From Mesotaenium endlicherianum (lineage: Eukaryota): a DNA stretch of 64,000 bases. The stretch covers positions 21,837 through 85,836 of the forward strand of contig WELA01001736.1 in the NCBI GenBank assembly GCA_009602735.1, written 5' to 3'. A program made the position numbers and the translations under genes. The notes beneath the pieces were generated by a model, which was not told where the DNA came from, did not search any database, and saw nothing but the letters and a program-made list of their open reading frames with translations. Positions 24,610 to 36,000 of the stretch are shown piece after piece (position 1 is the stretch's first letter; every line of letters starts with the position of its first letter).

Positions 24610-25807
24610 GGTTGTCGCCGACGTCGTCAGCAGCTGCACACTTTGCGACCGGGTGCGCTTGAGCTTCACAGCCCGCACCGTCGCTCTCAGCTCTCTCCCT
24701 ATTCAGGGGCTATTCTACAGGTGGTCGCTCGACTTGGCTGGGGAGCTGCCCAAGTCTCGCCGAGGCAACCTCTATGTCTTGGTGATGATCGAGCACATGT
24801 CCAAGTGGATCGAGCTTGTGCCGTTGCCCAGCAAGGCCAGTGAGGGGATTGCCCAGGCATTCCTTGATCATGTCCTTAGCCGCTTTGGCGGTTGCCCTGA
24901 GGTCCTCACCGACCAAGGCAAAGAGTTCCAGGCCAGCTTTCAAAAGCTGCTAGAGCGCTCGATGATCGACCACCGCACCACCTCCCGCGACCATCCCCAG
25001 GCTGACGGCCTTGCAGAGCGCATGGTGCAAACCGTCAAGCTTGGGCTGCGGAAGTACTTCCTGGCCCACGACAGCACCCACTGGGACGACGCCCTCCCAT
25101 GGTTGGCTATGGAGTACAGGTTCATTAAGCAGGCCTCCTTGGCCTCGCATTCTCCCTACTTCCTTCTCTACGGCCGACAGCCAGTCCTGCCCGCAGCAGC
25201 CAGGACCGTGGCCGAGAACGTTTTGGACTTGGACAGTCCCGAGACGTGGAGCACTCTTATCGGGCAGCGTGCACTGCTCTTTCGGCGCCTGATGCCCATG
25301 GCCATGGACAACCTCAGCATTGCTCAGCACCGCGACACACTGAGGTATGCCGTGACCCGTGGAGGAGCCTATCGCCCGCGAGTGTTGCAATTCTCCGCAG
25401 GTGACTTCGTGTACCTGCGACGCCAAACAAAGAACACCCTCAACACCAGCAGCTCGCCCGTCATCCTACGCGTCAAGCGTGTCTTGGCGTCAGGAGTTCT
25501 AGAGCTGGAAGGCGCAGATGGCCGTCTTCACAAGGACCACACAAAGAATTGTGGACCATGCCACCTTCCTAACCTTGACATGCAGGTTCGTCCCCGCGAC
25601 GCGAGGCCGCCCAAGGACTGGGCGTGCCAGATTTGCCACAGCCCCGGCCAGGAGGCCAGCATGCTAATCTGCGACAGCTGCAACCTCGGCTTCCACATCG
25701 GTTGCCTAAACCCGCCGCTGGCCCGCATGCCAGCTGGCGACTGGTTTTGTAGCGACTGCACTGCTTTAGCTCTAGACAGCGATCACAGCCCATCAGCTGG
25801 TGGCTGA
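24610..25807 (+). CDS. Element A integrase (N-terminal HH of the zinc finger missing) with a C-terminal PHD finger
   Basis: CTLC, WSLDLAG (D), VLTDQGKEF (D), HPQADGLAERMV (E), a degenerate GPY/F-SH3 region, then a C4HC3 motif CQIC..MLICDSCNLGFHIGCLNPPL..PAGDWFCSDC at 25625-25759. Confidence 0.92.
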
Positions 25808-25822
25808 GAGCTGGGGGGGGAA

Positions 25823-25956
25823 TTAAAATATTTGACGAGTGATTATCGTTTGGCTATAAAGCCACATGTATTATAGACTTCATTGCAGCAAAGCCTGCTT
25901 GCATATTATGCATTGCTTGTGTCATTGATACGCACCCGACCTCCTACCGCACGACA
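25823..25956 (+). repeat. Short (134 bp) 3' LTR of element A
   Basis: Follows the PPT and ends ...cgacCA-like (gcacgaca). A near-identical copy at 26977-27110 begins TG; this copy has TT. Confidence 0.7.
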
Positions 25957-25958
25957 GC

Positions 25959-26974
25959 TGTCATGATTTATTAGGTCGAGGTTGACGTACAAGACCAAGC
26001 TCTACGTGTGTGAACCATCAACCTAGGAAGACCAAACTTTGCATTGAATTTACGCATCCATATGTTGACCTTCTCTAGATTTTCGAGTCACCAAAGTGTA
26101 GCGCGTCGAAGCATCTTCCGAATGGCACCGGTTTCGCGTCATTTGGTTAATTATTGAGCGAGATAGACGCGATCTAGTCCGCACTCCTTTCGGCACCTAG
26201 CGGAATCACACCAAATGGCCAACATGTGACTCAATGCACCCAAAGGTGACAATGTTGACTATTCGTGACCCCAAGGACCCCTAGCTTTGTGCGCACAAAT
26301 CCGCGAGCCCCTTAGATTACATAAGTCTTGCATTTCCATAGTATAAGTGCATCATTGAGGCTATTACTTGGTGACTGCATCACCTACTTCTAGAGGAAGC
26401 TTCCTCAAGTTTTAGATTCACTTTTGAGGCCCTATCTAGGTAGAACTACCCAAGGTAAGCTCCACCAATGAGAGACACTTAGCATATTCTACGTGCTTTG
26501 CTTTGATTGGTTTGAGTTATGCTTAGCCTATAGGAGTGCTAGTACATGCCTTGTACACATTAGTGGACATAGGAGAGCCTCCTAGAGTGACTACATGCAT
26601 TGGATCCGCCGCATACGACGCCGGGTTTTCAGGAGTATAAGTGCTAGAGATGTCCCTAGAGGAACATCTTTTTAGAAGTCCCATTATGCCAGTTGTAAGT
26701 CACACAGATTATCAGTAAAGCTTACACTTTTTATCTCTTGTGTTTTCAGGACCACTTAGTCTCTCTCTTGTGAAGAGCAAGCCTTGCTGGCGTCCAGTCA
26801 CTAGAAGAACTTCACAAGTGGTGAGCAAAGTCACAACTTATACCCCCTGCCATAGGACTACTCTTGAAGATCATGATGTGCTTCTAGTGATCTTTTGGGC
26901 CAGTCTTCATTAGTTGTTTTCCTACCAGATTACAGTCTTGAGGTGCTCACTCTGGAGAGTACACACTCCTTACT
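25959..26974. mobile_element. Unrelated ~1-kb LTR-like fragment (solo or truncated LTR)
   Basis: Starts TGTCATG, non-coding, contains TATAAG boxes and resembles the other LTRs here in composition. No partner copy or TSD found. Confidence 0.45.
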
Positions 26975-26976
26975 AA

Positions 26977-27110
26977 TGAAAACATTTGACGCGTGACTAT
27001 CGTTTGGCTGTAAAGCCACATGTATTATAGACTTCATTGCAGCAAAGCCTGCTTGCATATTATGCATTGCTTGTGTCATTGATACGCACCCGACCTCCTA
27101 CCGCACGACA
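26977..27110 (+). repeat. Second copy of the element-A short LTR, followed by a PBS-like TGG
   Basis: TGAAAACATTTGACG...CCGCACGACA with about 5 mismatches to 25823-25956, followed immediately by tggccaaccgtgaagctc. Confidence 0.75.
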
Positions 27111-27583
27111 TGGCCAACCGTGAAGCTCAGTGGCGTGGATGGAAGCCATAGTTGAGGAAGAATGGGGACTCCTGGGTAGAGGCCTGCGTCGTGTTGTTGT
27201 AGGCGAACTCCAAGGGGGTCAAGTACATGTCCCAGTCTTGCTCTAGAGTAGACACGTAGGCCTTTAGAAAGGTCTTTAGGGTACGATTTGTACGCTCAAA
27301 TTGCCCATCCGATTGCGGGTGGTAGGCAGTGGACATATCCTGCGTCGTACCCAAGTTCTTGAAGAGATTTTTCCAAAAATAACTTGTGAATCTTGGATCT
27401 CTATCCGACACAATTCTTGATGGTAGTCCATGGAGTCGGAAGATGTTGTCAAAGATGAGTCTTGCAAGTTGTGGTGCTGTAGCCTTAGTCGTCGTGGGAA
27501 TAAACTGAGCCATCTTGGTAACTCTGTCCACCACCGTGATGGCCTCGATGGGTCACGGGCAGGCCCACGATAAGATTCATTGA

Positions 27584-30500
27584 TGAAAGGGGCCGAGTGC
27601 CCTAGTGCAAGCGTAGTAACTCACGAGAAAAGGAACTAGTTGCAATCATACTAAAGAGTGCAGCGGCATATTGCTAAGAAAGCTTAGGAAAATTACTTGA
27701 CATTTTTAGTGGTAAGAAAGTGCTCACAAATGGTGTAAGATGAAAGGCCTTGTCATTACAAACCCGTAGAAATTTACAGAAATGAAAACTGATAAGAAAC
27801 AAAGAAGTTATGCCTATTTATAATTTTTTGCCTAAGTGCTCCTCCCTAGGAGGAAGCTACGGATTTTCCCAAGTGTTTGTCAAATCGTCCCTTCCAGAAT
27901 ATTCGTGAGTAAGCCGGATCAGTCTAATTTGACGTGTCGGGCCGAATTGACGTCCACATACATGCATCGACATTACTAGAATATTCTATCTTAGACGCGC
28001 TAGGCTAAACCGAAACTTCTAGGTAAATCGACCTAGTCGGCACTCCACGTCTGCCGAACTTATGTGAAGGTTCGAGTTCACTCTAACGGGCCAGATCGCT
28101 CGACGCTGTCGATCAATCCCACGGTCGCGCTCACCGCGAATAAGGACAGTCGTCAACCGACCTCAAAACTAGTTAAACTTTGGAAATCCGTAACTCTCTC
28201 AATACTTGACCAAATTCGATAAACTTTATATCAAAATGACCACAAAAATGCACTCTATACTACTATACAAGCAAAACATACTTTCATGAAACTCAAAAAT
28301 GCACTTTATAAACCTATGACCTTACATCATCCCCCTCCTCAAGATGCGACGTCCTCGACGCATTTTGCAGATAACGCCTCAACTTACTCGTACGATGAGT
28401 CAAGTTGACCTCTGGCTCCCAAGTGTTGTCGTTTGCATGGTAGCCTTTTGACTTGACCAGATACTCTTGAACAAGTCGTTGACCTCGCTTGACTCGTCGA
28501 TCGCCGACAATCGCCTCCACTTTATACTCCAATATATCATCGATCTCGACCGGTGGTGACGGTACAGGTAGGCGTCCTGGATGTCCTTCATTCGGGTCAA
28601 CGTATGGCCGCAAACAACTGACATGGAACACATCATGGATACGCCAGCCTGAAGGAAGTTCCAACTTGTAGGTCACTGGATTCACCTCCTTGAGCACTAG
28701 AAAGGGACCTGTAAACCGTGCCCGCAATTTCCTCTTGCCTGTGAAAGGTAGATTCTCTGTTGACAAGAGTACTTTGTCACCCACATGGTATGTCACTTTC
28801 CTCCTGTGCTTGTTGGCATACTTGACCTGTTCCTCCTGTGCCTTTCGAATACACGTCTTCGCCATATCCCAAGTCTTGGCCATCTGCTCCATAAAAACTT
28901 GTGTAGTAGGAACCTGAGTCTCCTTGGCCTTCTCCAACAAGATGTTCCCTGGATGATATACTTCTCTTCCATAAACCATAGCGAATGGTGACTGCTTGGT
29001 CGATCCCTGCATGCTGTTGTTGTAGGCAAACTCCAACCCTGGTAGCTTCTTGTCCCACTCCGAAGGTTCTTCCATAGGGAAACTCCTGAGCACCTCTTGC
29101 AGAGTTTCGTTGAGCCTCTCACTCTGCCCGTCTGTCTGAGGATGATAGGAAGTGCTCATACTCAACTTGGTCTCCATCAAAGTAAACAATGACCGCCAAA
29201 AGTTGCTAGTAAACCGCGGATCCCGGCCTAAAACAATCATCTTCGGCAACCCATGTAGCTTGAAGATATGATCAAAGAATAGCCGTGCCACATCTGCTGC
29301 CGTAGAAGTCTCCTTCATGGGAATGAAGTGAGCCATCTTGCTGAGTCTATCAGACACAACCCATACTGCATCGTGCCCTTGACCACTGACTGGTAACGAT
29401 GTGATGAAGTCCATAGCAATCTGCTCCCAAGGATACTCTGGAATAGGCAGGGGCTGCAATGTACCTCCCTTCTTTTGATTTGGTGTCTTGTTTCTCTGGC
29501 ACGCATCGCAACTCCTGATCCACTCCTCGATGTCCTTGTCCATATTTCTCCAGTAGTATTCCCGCTTCAGCACGCTTGCCGTCTTCTCGCTTCCAAAGTG
29601 TCCAGCATATAAGCAATCATGATGCTCCGCAAGTAGTAAGTCTCGTAGCTCCTTGATGTCAGGTACCACCACTCTCTTGGAATCACCAAGATACCATATG
29701 CCGTCCTTCTTCTGCATACTCGAGTTGGACTCAGCTGCTCCACCATCAGCAAACTGTGGGTCCTCCTCATAACCTCTCCGAAGCTTCTCCTTGAAGTCCA
29801 TACTCTCTTTGATGACCGAGACAGTTGCAAGGTCACACCTTGTGGATAAAGCATCTGCAGGGTTGATCTTCCCAGGTAAATACTCAATCTTGTGGTCGAA
29901 CTGTTGCAGAAATTCCATCCACCTTGCCTGTCTTGGTGTCAACGTTGGTTGCGTCATAATCTTCTCCAAGCTCTTGTGGTCGGTCTTGATGAACACCTTC
30001 CGACCGTCCACATAACATCGCCAAATCCTCAAAGCCTGGATAATAGCCAACATGTCCCGCTCGTGTGCTGCATAGTTTCGCTCAGCACGACTCAACTTCC
30101 TGCTCTCATATGCCACAGGCTGCAATCCTTTGCCCTGGTCCTGAAGAAGAATGGCTCCCACTGCGAAATTTGATGCGTCCGTGATGATGGTGGAAGGAAG
30201 CTCTGGACTTGCAATTGCCAACACGAGTGCCTGTGTCAGCAGCTCCTTAATCTTCTCAAATGCTTGCTGCTCCTTGTCACCCCACAGCCACTTCTCCTGC
30301 TTCTTCAACATGTCCGTGAGCGGTGCACACACCTTGGCAAATCCTTGAATGAAACGTCGATAATAATTTGCCATGCCGAGGAAACTCCTGAGTTGATGAA
30401 TATATCGCTTTGATACCAGATGAAAGGGGCAGAGTGCCCTAGTGAAAGCGTAGTAACTCACGAGGAAAAGAACTAGTTGCGATCCTACTAAAGAGTGCAG

Positions 30501-31164
30501 CGGCATATTGCTAAGAAAGCTTAGGAAAATTACTTGACATTTTTAGTGGTAAGAAACTGCTCACAAATGGTGTAAGATGAAAGGCCTTGTCATTACAAAC
30601 CCGTAAAAATTTACAGAAGTGAAAACTGATAAGAATCAAAGAAGTTATGCCTATTTATAATTTTCTGCCTAAGTGCTCCTCCCTAGGAGGAAGCTACAGA
30701 TTTTCCCAAGTGTTCGTCGAATCGTCCCTTCCAGAATATTCGTGAGTAAGCCAGATCAGTCTAATCTGACGTGTCGGGCCAAATTGACGTCCGCATACAT
30801 GCATCGACATTACTAGAATATTCTATCTTAGACGCGCTAGGCTAAACCGAAACTCCTAGGTAAATCGACCTAGTCGGCACTCCGCGTCAGCCGAACTTAC
30901 GTGAAGGTTCGAGTTCACACTAACGGGCCAGATCGCTCGACGCTGTCGGTCAGTCCGACGGTCGCGCTCACCGCGGATTAAGGACAGTCGTCAACCGACC
31001 TCAAAACTAATTAAACTTCGGAAATCCATAACTCTCTCAATACTTGACCAAATTTGATGAACTTTATATCAAAATGACCACAAAAATGCACTCTATACTA
31101 CTAAACAATCATAACATACTTTCATGAAACTCAAAAATGCACTTTATAAACCTATGACCTTACA
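27584..31164 (-). mobile_element. Element D: internally deleted chromovirus with two LTRs, inserted in the integrase of B
   Basis: LTRs 27584-28326 and 30421-31164 (TG...CA, roughly 95% identical by eye). 5-bp TSD ATTGA at 27579-27583 and 31165-31169. PBS TGGTATCAAAGC at 30407-30418. PPT gaggagggggatga at 28327-28340. Confidence 0.95.
28314..30506 (-). CDS. Element D truncated pol: RT connection, RNase H, integrase, chromodomain (730-aa open frame)
   Basis: [39 protein letters not shown]...[32 protein letters not shown], and YKVEAIV...[14 protein letters not shown]. Confidence 0.9.
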   Translation of the reverse strand: MPLHSLVGSQLVLFLVSYYAFTRALCPFHLVSKRYIHQLRSFLGMANYYRRFIQGFAKVCAPLTDMLKKQEKWLWGDKEQQAFEKIKELLTQALVLAIASPELPSTIITDASNFAVGAILLQDQGKGLQPVAYESRKLSRAERNYAAHERDMLAIIQALRIWRCYVDGRKVFIKTDHKSLEKIMTQPTLTPRQARWMEFLQQFDHKIEYLPGKINPADALSTRCDLATVSVIKESMDFKEKLRRGYEEDPQFADGGAAESNSSMQKKDGIWYLGDSKRVVVPDIKELRDLLLAEHHDCLYAGHFGSEKTASVLKREYYWRNMDKDIEEWIRSCDACQRNKTPNQKKGGTLQPLPIPEYPWEQIAMDFITSLPVSGQGHDAVWVVSDRLSKMAHFIPMKETSTAADVARLFFDHIFKLHGLPKMIVLGRDPRFTSNFWRSLFTLMETKLSMSTSYHPQTDGQSERLNETLQEVLRSFPMEEPSEWDKKLPGLEFAYNNSMQGSTKQSPFAMVYGREVYHPGNILLEKAKETQVPTTQVFMEQMAKTWDMAKTCIRKAQEEQVKYANKHRRKVTYHVGDKVLLSTENLPFTGKRKLRARFTGPFLVLKEVNPVTYKLELPSGWRIHDVFHVSCLRPYVDPNEGHPGRLPVPSPPVEIDDILEYKVEAIVGDRRVKRGQRLVQEYLVKSKGYHANDNTWEPEVNLTHRTSKLRRYLQNASRTSHLEEGDDVRS

Positions 31165-33039
31165 ATTGAGAGGTCCGTCCATTGCCTTTTCGGGATTGGT
31201 AGTGGTTGGAGGAGTCCTCCCGCCTTTTGTGATGATGGCGTGACTCTTTGGCATGTGTCACAGCTCTTGCAGTCCTCCTTGACTTGCTTAGACATGCCTA
31301 GCCAGCAATAAGTCCTGGTTAAAACGCCCGTAATATTTAGGATCCCAAAGTGTCCTTCAAAAGGATTGTCGTGTGCTTCTCGTAGAAGCAAGAGCCGGAG
31401 GTCTAAGTCATAAGGAACACAACTTTGGCCCGTGTCTTGCCTCACCCAATAATTGCCTTTTTGCTTCTTGTATGGGTCCAAGGCTGCTTCTCTGTTCTTG
31501 TAGTAAGGGTCTCTTTTATAAGCGGCTGAACATTGAGCTTCCAGATCTGTTTTCAGGGATGTCATCATTGCGTTTAATTGCAGTCTTGAGAGGGGGTCAG
31601 ACGGGTTTGTCTTGCCGGGCTGGTACTGAATTGTGATGTTGTATTGTTGCAAGTATCCACTCCATCTTGCTTGTCTCCGTGAGAGATACGGGTGCGTCTG
31701 GAGGTGCTTCAACGCCTCGTGGTCCGTAGTGACCAGCACCTTGCGTCCTTCAACGTAGCAGCGCCAAACCTTCAAGGCATGTACAATCGCCAACGCCTCT
31801 CACTCTGTGGTTGTATAATTTTGCTCGACTGGATATAGCTTCCTTGACTTGTAGGCTTTTGTTGCAGTCCCTTGCCTTGGTCTTGAAGTAAGAGTGCTCT
31901 TATTGCATAGGAAGATGCATCGGTGATGACGTGGAAGGGCCAATCTGCGTTTGGACTTGGGAGTGTGAGCACCGGGGATATCGTCAATCTTTGCTTCAGT
32001 TGTTGAAATGCTTCCTCCTCTTTCTTGGTCCGAACGTATGGCTTGTCCTTCTTGAGTTGATCCGTGAGGGGGCCTGCTATGTGCGAGAAGCTCTGGATGA
32101 ATCTCCTGTACCAATTGGTAAATTCCAAGAATGATTGGAGTTCTTTCTTGGTCGTGGGGATTGGCCATTCCTCCACCACCGTGGTCTTCTTGGGGTCCAT
32201 CTTGATGCCATCAGCAGTCACGTTTAGACCTAGGAACTCCACTTCTTGTTTGGCAAACTCGCACTTTAACTCCTTTGCAAATAGCTTGTTTTGCTTCAAA
32301 TTCAAAGGACTTTTTTCAAGTGTCTTGCATGCTCTTCAAAGGTCTTGCTATAGATAAGGATGTCATCGATGAATACCACCACAAATCTGTCCAACATGGG
32401 CTGAAATTTGGTGTTCATCATAGTCATGAAAGTTGCTGGCGCGTTGGTGAGTCCCAATGGCAGGACCATGAACTCAAAATGACATATCTTGTCCTAAACG
32501 CCGTTTTCTCTATGTCAGGTTCAGCAATGCGAATCTGGTGGTAGCCGCTTCTGAAGTCCACCTTCGTGAAGTTCTTGGCTCCAACCAACCGGTCCATAAG
32601 CTCATCCATGCGCGGCAGCGAGTATCTGGATATTCTAGATTGCGCGCAAAATACAGATTCTTGAAGTGATGTCATTCTTGATCTTGATAGTACCGTCTCT
32701 CCAATCAACTTGGGGGTTGTGCTTGTGACCAAGGCGTCCCTAGGATGATGTCGTACTTGCCCAATTGCATGGGAGAAAACACTACTGTATCCTTGAAGGA
32801 CTTGATAGAGAGTGACAAGGGGTACGACTTCTTGGAAGGGGTAGCATAGAAGAATCCGTCGGGCATCATAATCTCCTTGTCGTGGTCAAGAGTTCGCATA
32901 GTAATACCGTGCTTGGTGGCAAATTTGCAACGATGAAGTTGCCTTGAGCTCCGCTATCCACCAAGATGTGGACCTTCTCTCCTCCAAGGTAACCTCTCAA
33001 ACTCATTGGGGCTGGAACGTCGTCTTCAACGAGGGTCTC

Positions 33040-36000
33040 TGAAATGAATCGACTTACCAAATAGGCGATTAACAATTAATAAAGATCTTTATATCAGCAA
33101 GTAATCTTTATGGATTTTCCGTTTCTTGGTCAAACGGCAAAAGGACAACACACTAGCAGTGAACAATACTCGTAAGTCAAATGCGAGTAAACTAGCATCA
33201 ATAATGCAATCAGTAAAACTCATACATAAGCAAGGTTCGAAGACTGTGCGTATCAATAGCTTCTCGCCTTGGATTCAGATCTCTCAGTAAGCTGTACAAG
33301 AGAGTTGGCCTCGTTCCCGAATGCCGAACTCGAGAGCAATGCCTAGCATATGTACATGGAATGAGTTTATTGTTCAACGGCCAGTGCGATGGCACCGCCT
33401 ACCCGGGAGTTAACCACGTTGGTAGGACCTCGGTTAACCAAATCCACCGCCATCTCCCATCATCCCGAATCGCCATCCATCATAGGGATGTCATCTGGCC
33501 ATTCATCTAGCATATCACACTTAGATGTATATTGAGGCAGTTTGCTGCTACCGAGTACGGAAGTCAGCTGGCTGTCAAAGAATGTGTCAGCAAGCTGACT
33601 TAAGTTGACTTCAGCCTGCTGCTTCCGGCTGAGTCATTAAACTGATTATTTTATAAGTCCAGCAGACTCAATATTAACTAAAGTTCAGCAGGCTGAACAT
33701 GATTAACTATTAGATTTAAATGAATATTATATCTACTAATATACTGATTCATTACAATTCCTCCAACTTAACTTGTTGTCGCCTCGACAACATTAAACTG
33801 CAGAAGTGTTAAATAAGGGAACTGAACCTGACCAGCCTCCCTCACTGACTGCCCTTTAGCCTGTCACCTAGGGGGTTGTTCCTGGGGCTCCAGGATCAAG
33901 AGATCTGGACCTAGATCTGGACAGCCCTCTAGTTCTGTCAGCTGGCCTTCTAAAGAATCCCGTTTGTTCTAAAGTTGGACCTCGAGGGGAATAAAGGATG
34001 GTAGCCTGCTCTTCACCCACTTGGGTGTTGATCCCCACATAGACAGGCATTCCAGTAGGATGCTGAAATACATTGGCAAGAGGTACATGTCCCGGAGCGA
34101 AGGGGGAGGCCGCCATACCTCTGGCCACCCCGCGTGGCCCTCTTCTGAAACCCCTGTCCTCTGGGGATTTCTGCCTGTGTCTGCTGCAAATTACAGTCAG
34201 ATCAGCTTCTTCCCCTGCTTGGGCAGGTGGGCTGGGAGAGCGAGTGCGGGGTCCAATTGCCTTCTGGTATTGCTCCATTGTCCCCCTGGCTTCTTCTGCC
34301 TTGCGCTTCTTGTCCTCCTTTTGTGTGGTGGGAGCCATTCTGCACATGTAACCAGGGCACAAGTTAGTAGGATATCGAGCTTTATCCTAGAAATTGCAGG
34401 AAGGGAGTAAGTTCGTATCAGTATGGTATATTCGTTCCTGTTTATCTTACAAGGTGCTTGCTAGGAGTTGACGTAGTTGCGGTGCGCTAGACATAAACAT
34501 ATGAATGTGTTTACAGGTGTGTTAAGTGATGTATGGCTGTGCGAGGCCCTTTTTCCTTTCGCTACAGGTGCTTTATGTGGGCCAGGCTGGCCCCTCCGTC
34601 ACTATGTTGACACTTGGGGTTCACATAACTGTCCCTAACTGTCCCTTTTTCGCTCTCGCACACTAACTGTCTTATATTTTCCCCTCTAACTTAAATGGAG
34701 ACAGGATTGCCTGTCACCTGCCCGTGTCAACTGAAATTACTGTTAAGGAGGTGCTCCAACCGCCCGAAGGTGGAATTGTTTCAACGCCCATTTGGCATTA
34801 GTCAAATAATCTTTAAATTCCTAAGTGTCCCCAGAGGCATCGTAACCCTTCCATCAAATGAGGTACTTCATGACATATTTAGAGGATCGACGGACCGAGC
34901 GAGCGTCTAAAATCTCCTCAACCTCATATTTCTCAGGGTCGCCGTCCAGGACAGCGGGGATCGGTCCCGGTTGGACAGTTAACCGACCTGTGAACAGTGT
35001 ATCACCTTTGATGTAGGGTTCCAGGAAGGAGACATTAAAGACCGGATGACCCTTGTATTCAGCTGACAAGTTCAATTTGTAAGCGTTCTGACCGACACGA
35101 CGCACCACCAAATATGGACCGACCCAGACAGGGCCAAGCTTTTTCTTGACCACACCAGGGAGGTACAGGTGCTGAGAATGTAGTTTGACCAAATCGCCTT
35201 TAGAAAAGGTCAGTTCGCGACGGTGCTGATTAGCGTACTTTTGTTGGTTTTCTTGGGCTCTGTGCAGATTCTGCTGGAATTCTGATTGGGTGTCAGCAAA
35301 GTCCTGAGTTAACTGGAGGGAGAGCGGATTGTCAATCCTTTCAAGGTGAGTTAAAGACTCCCCTAGGACATCTAAAGGAGACTTAGGGACTCTACCCAGG
35401 CTTAGTTCAAAAGGAGTCTTGCCCGTTGACGCGTGCGCCGCACTGTTGACCGCAAACTGGATTTGAGGTAACAGGTCATCCCAATTATCTTGTTTTTGGT
35501 TAATATAAGCTCTCAGTACTTCTTCCAGAACTTGGTTAGTTCTCTCAGTCTGCCCATCAGTCTGAGGTTGTTTGTTGTGCTGAGCAGCTGTGTGACTCCC
35601 GTTAAAGTCCTCCAGAACTTAGAGGTAAATTTTGAGTCTCTGTCTGAGATTATATTAGAGGATAGCCCATGTTGGCATACTACATGGTTGTATAACTGTC
35701 TCGCTGTTTCGAGTGCAGTTACTTTGACAATTGTGGGGATGAAAATGACCATTTTTGTCAGTTTATCCACGACTATTAGTATCGAATCATGCCCATTGGC
35801 AGTTCATGGTAGTGTGACCACCCAGTCCATGGATATCATTTCCCAGCGATCAGCTGGGATGGGCAGCGGTTGTAAGAGGCCCCCCGGTGGTGTGTGCCTT
35901 GACTTATTCTTTTGACACTGGTCACAGGACTTAACGTATTTCAAGACCTCCCGAGGTAATCCCTCCCAATGATAATGTTTTGCCAGTTTGCCAACAGTTT

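Larger units (their letters stand above)
21302..25956 (+). mobile_element. Element A: 5'-truncated, decayed Ty3/Gypsy LTR retrotransposon with DNMT-RT-RNaseH-IN-PHD architecture and a short 3' LTR
   Basis: Domain order RT-RH-IN is Gypsy-type. The DNMT is in the same frame as RT. Polypurine tract gagagctgggggggg at ~25806-25820 is followed by a 134-bp LTR-like unit. No gag, protease or 5' LTR is visible upstream. Confidence 0.9.

Noticed and set aside
25823..27110. Direct repeats read as a CRISPR array or as a TSD of the 1-kb insert
   Set aside because: Only two 134-bp units, positioned after a PPT and before a PBS-like TGG, which fits LTRs far better.
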